From contig CP002278.1 in the NCBI GenBank assembly GCA_000166095.1, forward strand, positions 1,211,343-1,243,342: a stretch of DNA of 32,000 nt, given 5' to 3'. Of this stretch, positions 9,308 through 16,910 are shown piece after piece. Below the pieces are notes generated by a model, which saw nothing but the letters and a program-made list of their open reading frames with translations, ran no database searches and had not been told where the DNA came from. Numbering within the stretch: position 1 is the first letter of the stretch; each line of letters starts with the position of its first letter. Origin of the DNA: Methanothermus fervidus DSM 2088 (lineage in GTDB: Archaea > Methanobacteriota > Methanobacteria > DSM-2088 > Methanothermaceae). The position numbers and the translations under genes are program-made.

Positions 9308-10327
9308 CTACTTTTGTCCTCCTTTTTCCAATGTAACCTCAAATTCACCAGGATTTTCAAGTAATACACTAGGTCTCACAGCAACTATTGGAAATCTCCA
9401 ACTACCAATTCTTGCGGCAATTGTACTTGCTATATTCCTGGAATTCCTTTTTACCAAAGCATAATCATGATTATTAACTGTTATATTGACATTGTATGGT
9501 GATTCTTCCATTACATCTTCTGAAGGCAACACATTTAATTCAAAATGGTTTTTCCGCATGAAAATATCATTTCTAACAGCTACAAGTGGACTATATTCTA
9601 ATTCTAAATTATCTCTGACAGTTACAGCTATGTTGCCAGCATATTTAACAACTTTTTTATAATCTTGTGGATTAACAAGAACAAATATTATATAGTTTCC
9701 TTCTTCAATATTTTCAACCATCTCTAGAACATTTTTTAAGACAGGAATTTTCATGAACACTTCTTCAACTTTTGACTCTAATCCTTCCTCATAAACCTTA
9801 ATTCTACTTATAGCTTCTTTAGCTATTGCTATGCCACTAAGCTTTTTCCCATGTCTTACATTATAGTAATCAAAACCTTTGTCTTTAAATTTGTTTAAAG
9901 CATCTAAAGTGATTTCTTTTATTATGTCTTTGACCTTCCTTACTTTTGGAATCTTTCCAATTACTATTTTATTATTTTCAAATGTGTAGGGAACTCTTCT
10001 ACTATCAATATTTTTAAATTCATCTCTAAACTCTCTAAAATTGTCATTTGACAATATTTTTGCATCTTCTTCTTCTGCCAACTTTAAAATATAATGATCT
10101 GCATTTGTACCTGCAGGTACTTCCTTAATTATCCCCTTTTTTATGTATTCCTTATATTTCTCTTCATCATCAATCTTATGTTTCAAAGAAGCGTCAGCAA
10201 CGACTATCGGTTTAAAACCAAGTTTTTTTACAGCCTTTATAGCTTCGATAATTCTTTTCATTATCGCCTTATTCTGATGGTGGGCAATATTTGATGCATC
10301 TATAATCATTTTCAATGGATCACCCAT
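9308..10327 (-). CDS. NYN-domain (Zc3h12a/N4BP1-like, PIN-fold) ribonuclease fused to an uncharacterised ~200-aa C-terminal domain
   Basis: MIIDASNIAHH...KPIVVADASLKHK...GIIKEVPAGTNADHYILKLAEEEDAKILSNDNFREF follows the RNase_Zc3h12a motif order, with acidic residues at the expected positions. An alternative start is ATG 10309. Confidence 0.75.
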   Translation of the reverse strand: MGDPLKMIIDASNIAHHQNKAIMKRIIEAIKAVKKLGFKPIVVADASLKHKIDDEEKYKEYIKKGIIKEVPAGTNADHYILKLAEEEDAKILSNDNFREFRDEFKNIDSRRVPYTFENNKIVIGKIPKVRKVKDIIKEITLDALNKFKDKGFDYYNVRHGKKLSGIAIAKEAISRIKVYEEGLESKVEEVFMKIPVLKNVLEMVENIEEGNYIIFVLVNPQDYKKVVKYAGNIAVTVRDNLELEYSPLVAVRNDIFMRKNHFELNVLPSEDVMEESPYNVNITVNNHDYALVKRNSRNIASTIAARIGSWRFPIVAVRPSVLLENPGEFEVTLEKGGQK

Positions 10328-11063
10328 TTTTTCTTTTATATTTACCTAATATTTTCATTTTTCCTTCTACTTCACATAATTTTACTTTTATTTCTTTCTC
10401 ATTCACCAAATACACATTATAACTATTTGGATTTTTTGCTCTAAGTGATGGAGATGAAACTGTACCTGCAGTTGCAAAAACACAACCTTCTAAATTCCAT
10501 GAATATGGTACATGTCTATGTCCACAAACAACAAGATCCACATCGTATTTAACTAAAGATTCTAGAATATCACCAGCGTCAAGAAGTACATTTCTTTCTC
10601 GTCCTGTTTTTGGAACGGGGATGATATGATGATGCAAGGCTACAATTTTGAATTTATTTTTTGCTTTTTTCAATTCTTTTTCAAGCCATTTTTGCTGTTC
10701 TCTTCCTATCTTTCCACAATCTAAATCAGGTTCACTACTGTCAAGTCCAATAACAACAAACTTTTTATTCTTATTTTTAAGAACACCTGATCTTGGACCA
10801 ATAACTTCTTCAAATACTTCATAACCTACGTGTCTAGCATCATGATTTCCTGGTACAGTTATAGTAGGTATAATCTCTGAAATTTCATCTAAATATTTTT
10901 TTGCTTCTATAAATTCCTGATAATAACCATTGTTTGTTATATCTCCACTTACAATAACTACATCAGGGCGGATGTTTTTAACCTGGTTCAGAGCTTTTTT
11001 TAATAATTTTTCCTTAAATTTGAATTCACCCACATGAAAATCTGAAAGGTGGGCAATTATCAA
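10320..11063 (-). CDS. Calcineurin-like metallophosphoesterase, Icc/CpdA-like (possible cyclic-nucleotide phosphodiesterase)
   Basis: Motif series LSDFHVG, SGDITNNG, PGNHD, ALHHH, CGHRH. The TTG start immediately follows the NAC stop codon, with GAGG upstream. Confidence 0.8.
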   Translation of the reverse strand: MIIAHLSDFHVGEFKFKEKLLKKALNQVKNIRPDVVIVSGDITNNGYYQEFIEAKKYLDEISEIIPTITVPGNHDARHVGYEVFEEVIGPRSGVLKNKNKKFVVIGLDSSEPDLDCGKIGREQQKWLEKELKKAKNKFKIVALHHHIIPVPKTGRERNVLLDAGDILESLVKYDVDLVVCGHRHVPYSWNLEGCVFATAGTVSSPSLRAKNPNSYNVYLVNEKEIKVKLCEVEGKMKILGKYKRKNG

Positions 11064-11405
11064 TTAACTCAGCCTCATAATTGCTTCTGCGATGTCACCA
11101 TTACTTTCTTTTAAGGCTTTTTCAGCCTCATCCCTACTAACTCCTGTTTGTTCCATAACAAGCTTAATATCTTCTTCAGGTATTTTTTCCTCAACTTTTC
11201 TTTCTTCAACTTTACCAGTCACTTGATATGTCTTTTGACCCATTAGATCCATCAAAGTTACACTGGGATTCTTTATAACAAGCTCTTTGTCATTCATTTT
11301 AATAATAACTTCATTAACACCTTTTAATTCTTCCATTTTCATTCCCATTTGCTTCATAACTTTTTGCATACGTCTCAACTGTCTTGGATCCATACCAGGT
11401 ATCAT
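11064..11405 (-). CDS. nac: Nascent polypeptide-associated complex protein (archaeal NAC, with C-terminal UBA domain)
   Basis: MDPRQLRRMQKVMKQMGM N-terminus, NAC beta-barrel segment, and C-terminal UBA-like VSRDEAEKALKESNGDIAEAIMRL. ATGA overlap with the tgtA stop. Confidence 0.92.
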   Translation of the reverse strand: MIPGMDPRQLRRMQKVMKQMGMKMEELKGVNEVIIKMNDKELVIKNPSVTLMDLMGQKTYQVTGKVEERKVEEKIPEEDIKLVMEQTGVSRDEAEKALKESNGDIAEAIMRLS

Positions 11406-13366
11406 TCACTCCACTCCTTTCTATTTTTTACAGCCACTCCTCTCTCAAACTCCATCATTTCATAGCTAGATAATACAGCTTTACCAAATGCGATTAATTC
11501 ATCATCCTTATTAACAACTAAAACTTCGTCATTTGCTCTTATCTTTTTATCACAATCTATAATAAATTTGGCAAATACATTTCTACCAGCTTTTACGAAT
11601 GGTTCTGCTTCCTCATTAACAACGACTCTATTTAATGGATATTCTCTATTTTCATGTAATTTTTTTGCTCCATCCCAAGTTAGTATTATAAACCCATCTG
11701 GTGGTCGTATAGTAGCTAAAAGAACATCGTCTTCATAAATATACCTTATTCTCCCAGTTTTTCTACTTCTCAACACTCTAATATTTCCATTAAATAAGGC
11801 TTCTCCACTTCCTTCACCAAATTGATAATCAGCCATTAATTTTACTATTTCTAGATCTTCAATTTTTGTTTCTATTTCTATATCATCTCTGTATTTATTT
11901 GATAAACCAAGATCAAATCTTTCATTTACAAGTTCATTGACAAGAACTTCTTCATATTCTTCAAACAAATCCTCAATTTTTTTAATTAAAAATTCTTTCA
12001 TCTCTAAATCATAATTTTTTGGAACTTCGCATTGAGCAAGAGGATATAATTCATCTACGCCTAGAGGAATTATACAAAATGGAACATCCACAACAAAAAA
12101 TTGGGATTCTTCTATAGGTTTACTAGAATTTCCTATACGATAGAATCCTTTAATTTTCTTAGGAATATTTCTATTGTATGGTTTACCATAAGAAGGTAAC
12201 AATATTGCCCTACTCCTTTTTGGTAATTGTTTAATTTTTTTAAAATGACGATATATTTCCACACGTCTTAAACTTTCAGGGCCTAAGTAAAAGAATGCTG
12301 AAGGTTTTGTTACAGGATCATATTTTTCTATAAATTTTTTATATTTAAGAAGTTCTCTATAAGCATCTAAAAGTGTTGGATGAGATCTACATCTTTTTTC
12401 AACAAGTTCCATCAATGATCCATCATATATTGCCTGCCTAACTCTTCTCATCTCACTAAAACTTACATAAAGATTATGTTGAGATATCAATTTATATCTT
12501 TCATCTTTTTCCATTCTCCTCAATTCCTCAGGCGTATATTCTAGACATATTGGACATGTGCATGGCATTTCTTGTAAATCTTGGAGTTTATAAGTTCCAT
12601 GTGGACTTAAAAATCTATCATCTTGTGCATATAACATATAAGCGGCTGAATCAAATAAATCACAGCCCATAGCTACCATCAATGCAAATAACATTGGATG
12701 CCCAGCACCCATAAGATGTATAGGACGAGAACGTGGTAAATGTTGAACTGAAGACATGACTATATTTACTATTGTTCTGTAATCATAAGATTCAAGTAGT
12801 GGAACAACAGCGCCTATTGGATGCACATCAAAAGAATATTTACTTAATTCCTTTGCACAACGGGCTCTAAGGTCAGGATATGTTGATCCTTGTACTACAG
12901 CATTAAGTAGCATATCTTTCCTATAATCTAAAGATTCTATAGCTCTTTTAATTGTTATGTCTAATTCTTCTTCTGCTCTTTTTCTACTAACATATGGTGG
13001 TGTGGGTATATCTAATGAAGTTCCAATATCTGAACCTATTTTTTCTTGGAACTCAATTATTTCTTTATTACTAACATCAATATCTCCATATTTAGAAAGT
13101 TGGAAAGAACCTGAATCAGTCATTACAACTCCATCAAAATCTATTAATTTATGTACACCTTTTTTAATTGCTTCTTCTCTAAGTTCTTCATCTCTGTAGA
13201 TTATATATGCGTTAGTAATGACTATCTCTTTGTTAAATTTTTTTATGTCAAATTCTTGTTTTTTTGGATGAATAACTGGCATTAAGGTAGGGGTTTGAAC
13301 TTTTTTATTTTTCACTGTAAATATGCCAATTCTTCCAAGTCCATCTTTTCTCTTTATTTCAAACAT
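11402..13366 (-). CDS. tgtA: Archaeosine tRNA-guanine(15) transglycosylase with C-terminal PUA region
   Basis: TGT TIM-barrel motifs (VMTDSGSFQ, HLMGAGHP), Zn site CTCPIC, and a long C-terminal extension ending in a PUA-like segment. 654 aa is typical of ArcTGT. GGTGA lies 7 nt upstream of the ATG. Confidence 0.93.
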   Translation of the reverse strand: MFEIKRKDGLGRIGIFTVKNKKVQTPTLMPVIHPKKQEFDIKKFNKEIVITNAYIIYRDEELREEAIKKGVHKLIDFDGVVMTDSGSFQLSKYGDIDVSNKEIIEFQEKIGSDIGTSLDIPTPPYVSRKRAEEELDITIKRAIESLDYRKDMLLNAVVQGSTYPDLRARCAKELSKYSFDVHPIGAVVPLLESYDYRTIVNIVMSSVQHLPRSRPIHLMGAGHPMLFALMVAMGCDLFDSAAYMLYAQDDRFLSPHGTYKLQDLQEMPCTCPICLEYTPEELRRMEKDERYKLISQHNLYVSFSEMRRVRQAIYDGSLMELVEKRCRSHPTLLDAYRELLKYKKFIEKYDPVTKPSAFFYLGPESLRRVEIYRHFKKIKQLPKRSRAILLPSYGKPYNRNIPKKIKGFYRIGNSSKPIEESQFFVVDVPFCIIPLGVDELYPLAQCEVPKNYDLEMKEFLIKKIEDLFEEYEEVLVNELVNERFDLGLSNKYRDDIEIETKIEDLEIVKLMADYQFGEGSGEALFNGNIRVLRSRKTGRIRYIYEDDVLLATIRPPDGFIILTWDGAKKLHENREYPLNRVVVNEEAEPFVKAGRNVFAKFIIDCDKKIRANDEVLVVNKDDELIAFGKAVLSSYEMMEFERGVAVKNRKEWSE

Positions 13367-13377
13367 ATAAATGTCAC

Positions 13378-14511
13378 CTATTGAATGGTTTCTTTAATTT
13401 TTTTCAAGCGCTTACGCATCATCAATATTCTTTCCCTAGAATTCTTTGGACGTGGTTCATTACAACCACAGATACATTTATCAAACTGTGGACATACAAT
13501 ATACTTGGCCTCATAACTATTTATCTCAATCCCAAATTTCTGTGCATTTTTAATAGCCCTTGTATTTGCCTCAGCTTTCCCTAAATACAATGGAGTTCTA
13601 GCTGAGGAGGATAAATATTCCTTATGTCTTGCCTTCTTTCTTTCAATTTTTCTTCTCTTTAAAATTTTTTCTGCAGGATCATTTAAATTTGGATCTCTAA
13701 ATGGTATTCCCACATCACTTAAGGCTATCATTCTTTCATCATCAACATTAAGTTGTTTTTTTATGAGGGAAGGATTTGGGGATGCTATAGTCCCTCCACG
13801 TTTTCTACCAAATATAGGACCTTCCCCTATATAAAATCCCACTTCAATCATCCCAGATCTTACTGGAGCAGCAGATGTATAAGTTGTTAAAATACTATTT
13901 TTATTCATAACCCTAATAACTTCATTGAAAAATTCAACAGTGTATAATTCTGGAGATCTTAAAGGACTATAAGCATCTAAAAATACCACATCATAATAAT
14001 CAGATTTTAAATTTTTTATAACATCTCTTGCATCATTACAGAATACATTAATTTTTATGTTTTTTCTCTTGTCTTTTGTTTTGTTGTCAATTTTTTTCAA
14101 TACTCCCTCTTCATAAAGTTTCTTTTTATATACAGTTTTAATAAGCTTGTGAGAATCTATGGGACTTGGTATTAACGTTGCTAACAATAATACTTCTTTT
14201 GATATTTCAATCATGTCTATTTTTAAATTATTTTTCTTTTTATGAATTAATGCAGCAGAATTATAACCCAATCCTGAACATATGTCCAAAACTTTGAGTT
14301 TTTCTTTTTTTAATACTTCAATAGGTTTAACAAATTTTTCAAATGATTCTGTAATTGCACCATGGATTGTATGCATCGTTTCATTAAAATTAGATTTAAC
14401 TGTATATGAACCATCTTTAGTCTTAATTAAATATTTCATTAATTTACCTTTGACGTTGTAACCTTCTAGATACTTCTTCAGTAATTTGGAGACTCTACTG
14501 TCTAATTTCAT
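13378..14511 (-). CDS. MnmC-like (DUF752/COG4121) SAM-dependent methyltransferase with Cys-rich C-terminal extension
   Basis: DGSYTVKS..NETMHTIHGAITESFEKFV, LDICSGLGYNS, VVFLDAYSPLRSPELYTVEFF...TTYTSAAPVRSGMIEVGF parallel the MnmC methyltransferase domain. The C-terminus contains CPQFDKCICGC. Confidence 0.7.
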   Translation of the reverse strand: MKLDSRVSKLLKKYLEGYNVKGKLMKYLIKTKDGSYTVKSNFNETMHTIHGAITESFEKFVKPIEVLKKEKLKVLDICSGLGYNSAALIHKKKNNLKIDMIEISKEVLLLATLIPSPIDSHKLIKTVYKKKLYEEGVLKKIDNKTKDKRKNIKINVFCNDARDVIKNLKSDYYDVVFLDAYSPLRSPELYTVEFFNEVIRVMNKNSILTTYTSAAPVRSGMIEVGFYIGEGPIFGRKRGGTIASPNPSLIKKQLNVDDERMIALSDVGIPFRDPNLNDPAEKILKRRKIERKKARHKEYLSSSARTPLYLGKAEANTRAIKNAQKFGIEINSYEAKYIVCPQFDKCICGCNEPRPKNSRERILMMRKRLKKIKETIQ

Positions 14512-14546
14512 ATTTGTACCATAATTTTGTTAAAATTAGAGATTAA

Positions 14547-14596
14547 TCAGTATTTCTTTTTCATCATCAAAATTCAGATAGCGAAATGTTCATCAT
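14547..14596 (-). ncRNA. C/D-box sRNA candidate (2'-O-methylation guide)
   Basis: The minus strand reads ATGATGA(C)-ACATTTCGCTAT-CTGA(D')-ATT-TTGATGA(C')-TGAAAAAGAAATA-CTGA(D). The core is 50 nt with 12- and 13-nt guides and is fully intergenic. Confidence 0.55.
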
Positions 14597-14606
14597 GCTA
14601 TTATAG

Positions 14607-14614
14607 TTTATATT
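14607..14614 (+). promoter_or_regulatory. TATA box candidate for the radical SAM gene
   Basis: TTTATATT lies about 35-50 nt upstream of the candidate starts (TTG 14650, GTG 14662). Confidence 0.3.
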
Positions 14615-14649
14615 AGTGAATTAATAATATTTTTTCAAATAAAACTTTT

Positions 14650-15357
14650 TTGGGGATTATAGTGATAATTTCTCATTTTTCAGTAAGTGACAAGATAACA
14701 ATTTTAGTTGCTAGATGTAATTTTAAATGTAAATATTGTTTTTTCAAACCTTTTAGAGAGATAGATATAGATGTAGAAAAATTAATAAAAATCACTAAAA
14801 AATTAAGAAAGCAATTTAAATTAAATAAAATCATGATTGCAGGTGGAGAACCTACTTTGGAAAAGGACCTGCCTGAATTTGTAAAATTATTAAAAGAGAA
14901 TAATTTTTATGTTATAATTTCAACTAACGGATATTATTTATGTGAAATGTTGCATAAACTAGAGGCAGATGAAATTCATATTGATTTAAAAGCATTGGAT
15001 AACAAGATTCATAAAAAGTTAACAGGCTCATCAAACAAAAAAATTTTGAAATGCATTGAATACATAGGACTAAGAAAAAATAGGCTACCTTTTAGAGTAG
15101 AAGTATGTACTGTGTATATTCCTGGAATTGTTGAAATCAATGAAATAAGAAATATAGCTAAATTTCTTAGTAAGTGGGATTTACACTATAGGATAACTGG
15201 TCATGTGCCAGTTACTTTAAATGTTCGTAGGCCTACTAGAGATGAATTATTATTTGCTAAAAAGGAAGCTTGTAAATACCTATCTAATGTTACGTCTTCA
15301 CTAGATTTTAAAAGACATAAACCTTCACAAATCAAGATTAATCCTGAGGAGTTGTGA
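14650..15357 (+). CDS. Radical SAM protein (small activase/QueE-like size class; exact function unresolved)
   Basis: CxxxCxxC cluster motif in ARCNFKCKYCF, then IAGGEPTL and IISTNG. GTG 14662, behind GGGG (14652-14655), is an alternative start. Confidence 0.75.
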   Translation: MGIIVIISHFSVSDKITILVARCNFKCKYCFFKPFREIDIDVEKLIKITKKLRKQFKLNKIMIAGGEPTLEKDLPEFVKLLKENNFYVIISTNGYYLCEMLHKLEADEIHIDLKALDNKIHKKLTGSSNKKILKCIEYIGLRKNRLPFRVEVCTVYIPGIVEINEIRNIAKFLSKWDLHYRITGHVPVTLNVRRPTRDELLFAKKEACKYLSNVTSSLDFKRHKPSQIKINPEEL

Positions 15358-15646
15358 CTCTTTCAATAATTCTTTTACCTGCCACTACTTCGTCTACACT
15401 TTGAATTGATGCACCATATTCACTTATTGCATTTGTTATTTTTTTGTAGTTTAAATCATTTCCCTGTATTGTTACTTTTATTGTTTCTGTGTCTTTATCA
15501 ACTTCCATAAGGCTTATATTTACGCCTTCTACTCCTTCAACCTTACTGAGATGTTTTGCAAAAACAGGAAGGGCTGGTTCATGGGGCTTAAGAACATCTA
15601 AAACTATCCGTATTAGACCTTTACTCACTTTCGGATTACCTCCCAT
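15338..15646 (-). CDS. DUF211 family protein (uncharacterised archaeal)
   Basis: GLIRIVLDVLKPHEP...VEGVEGVNISLMEVDKDTETIKVTIQG...GASIQSVDEVVAG matches the DUF211 pattern as I recall it. GGAGGT sits just inside the ORF, making GTG 15628 an alternative start. Confidence 0.65.
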   Translation of the reverse strand: MGGNPKVSKGLIRIVLDVLKPHEPALPVFAKHLSKVEGVEGVNISLMEVDKDTETIKVTIQGNDLNYKKITNAISEYGASIQSVDEVVAGKRIIERVTTPQD

Positions 15647-15702
15647 AGAAGATTCTTTTTGGATATTATACTTTGTAACTATTGTCTATTATCGTTTTCC
15701 AA

Positions 15703-15710
15703 TATATAAA
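15703..15710 (-). promoter_or_regulatory. TATA box candidate upstream of the DUF211 gene
   Basis: The minus strand reads TTTATATA, about 60 nt upstream of ATG 15646, in the only sizeable gap of this gene string. Confidence 0.35.
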
Positions 15711-15760
15711 TATTTTTTGTTTTTAGATTTGTTAGTGAGGAAATTTATGATCTCAAAAAT

Positions 15761-16516
15761 TCAATTAATGAATTTTACATATTTAAGAAGATCAATTGCA
15801 TTTTTAACCTCAGATTCTAAATTTAAAGATAGATATGCTTTTTTACCCAATGAAAAACTTGAGGATAATATCATTTGTTTTTTGCCAATTAATTCAACCC
15901 CATTGACTGGTGTATGACCTACAACCATTGCATTACATCCAACTTTCTCTAGAAATCTATCTATATCAGAAAGTGAGTAATCACCATATCTATTCCAAAT
16001 TAATTCATATAAGATGGGATCATCATAATCTTTAACTTTCATAATATCTTCAATACTTTCTATATATCTAGAAGGACCTGCATGGGAAATAAATACTTTG
16101 TTAGAGGTCCTAACAGCTAAATGAAATTTCTTAAAAAATGTTTTAAACTCATCTAATATTTCTTTCCATCCATCTCCAAATTTACTTTTCAATAATCTTT
16201 CAAACATTATTGTGAGATTTATACCACCTTTGTAGATGGGAATTCCTGTAATCACAGACCATTCATGATTACCAAGTAGAAGATATATATTTTTTTCGCT
16301 CTTAAGTAAGTCTCGAACTTTGTATATAATTTCGACAGATCCATCTTCCTTTAAATCCATTGCATGGATTAGATCACCTGTAAATACAAAATATTCGTGC
16401 TCACCACTTTCCCAAATTTTAATATATTTATTAAAATCTTTTAAATTTCCATGAATATCAGTAACTACTAAAAGCTTACCATTATTTGATAATTCAATTA
16501 GAGGATCTTTCATCAA
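15761..16516 (-). CDS. PPP-family/ApaH-like metallophosphoesterase (Ser/Thr phosphatase-like)
   Basis: VVTDIHGN, FTGDLIHA, LLGNHE, ISHAGP and VVGHTP motifs in canonical order. Confidence 0.8.
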   Translation of the reverse strand: MMKDPLIELSNNGKLLVVTDIHGNLKDFNKYIKIWESGEHEYFVFTGDLIHAMDLKEDGSVEIIYKVRDLLKSEKNIYLLLGNHEWSVITGIPIYKGGINLTIMFERLLKSKFGDGWKEILDEFKTFFKKFHLAVRTSNKVFISHAGPSRYIESIEDIMKVKDYDDPILYELIWNRYGDYSLSDIDRFLEKVGCNAMVVGHTPVNGVELIGKKQMILSSSFSLGKKAYLSLNLESEVKNAIDLLKYVKFIN

Positions 16517-16901
16517 TACACCTTACTTCAGTTTTTGAAATTTCATCTAAAATTCTTATTGATTTTGATTTAACAATCCAAGCAATAATAACGTCAAAAA
16601 TTACTGGAAACCACAAAATCTTTGAAATGTTTCGCAACAATGTTTGTTTGTAAGTTAAATCTTTTTCTTTAGATACAACCTCTAAATTTTGTAAATTTTT
16701 TCCAATAGTTTTGCCAAAATTTTTTTCAAAATATGTAAAGTATGCTAGCGTTATCGCTATCAATACTACAATCCAATAGTTATATATGGGATAAAGTTTG
16801 GATGCTACAATCAATGGGTAAAATATTAGAGCTAGTAGCCATACTATTATTGTAACAAATACTGCATCAATTACAAATGCAATAAATCTTTTTTTATACA
16901 T
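16494..16901 (-). CDS. RDD-family integral membrane protein
   Basis: KRFIAFVIDAVFVTIIV opening typical of RDD domains. About three predicted TM helices. Confidence 0.6.
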   Translation of the reverse strand: MYKKRFIAFVIDAVFVTIIVWLLALIFYPLIVASKLYPIYNYWIVVLIAITLAYFTYFEKNFGKTIGKNLQNLEVVSKEKDLTYKQTLLRNISKILWFPVIFDVIIAWIVKSKSIRILDEISKTEVRCIDERSSN

Positions 16902-16910
16902 TTTTGAACC

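Noticed and set aside
7989-11063. tRNA-Tyr adjacent to the candidate signalling trio, considered as a possible tRNA-targeted integrated element or defence island
   Set aside because: There is no integrase, recombinase or transposase. I noticed no duplicated copy of the GC-rich tRNA 3' end that could serve as an att site anywhere in the window. Composition is uniform with the flanks. The trio is translationally coupled to NAC/tgtA.
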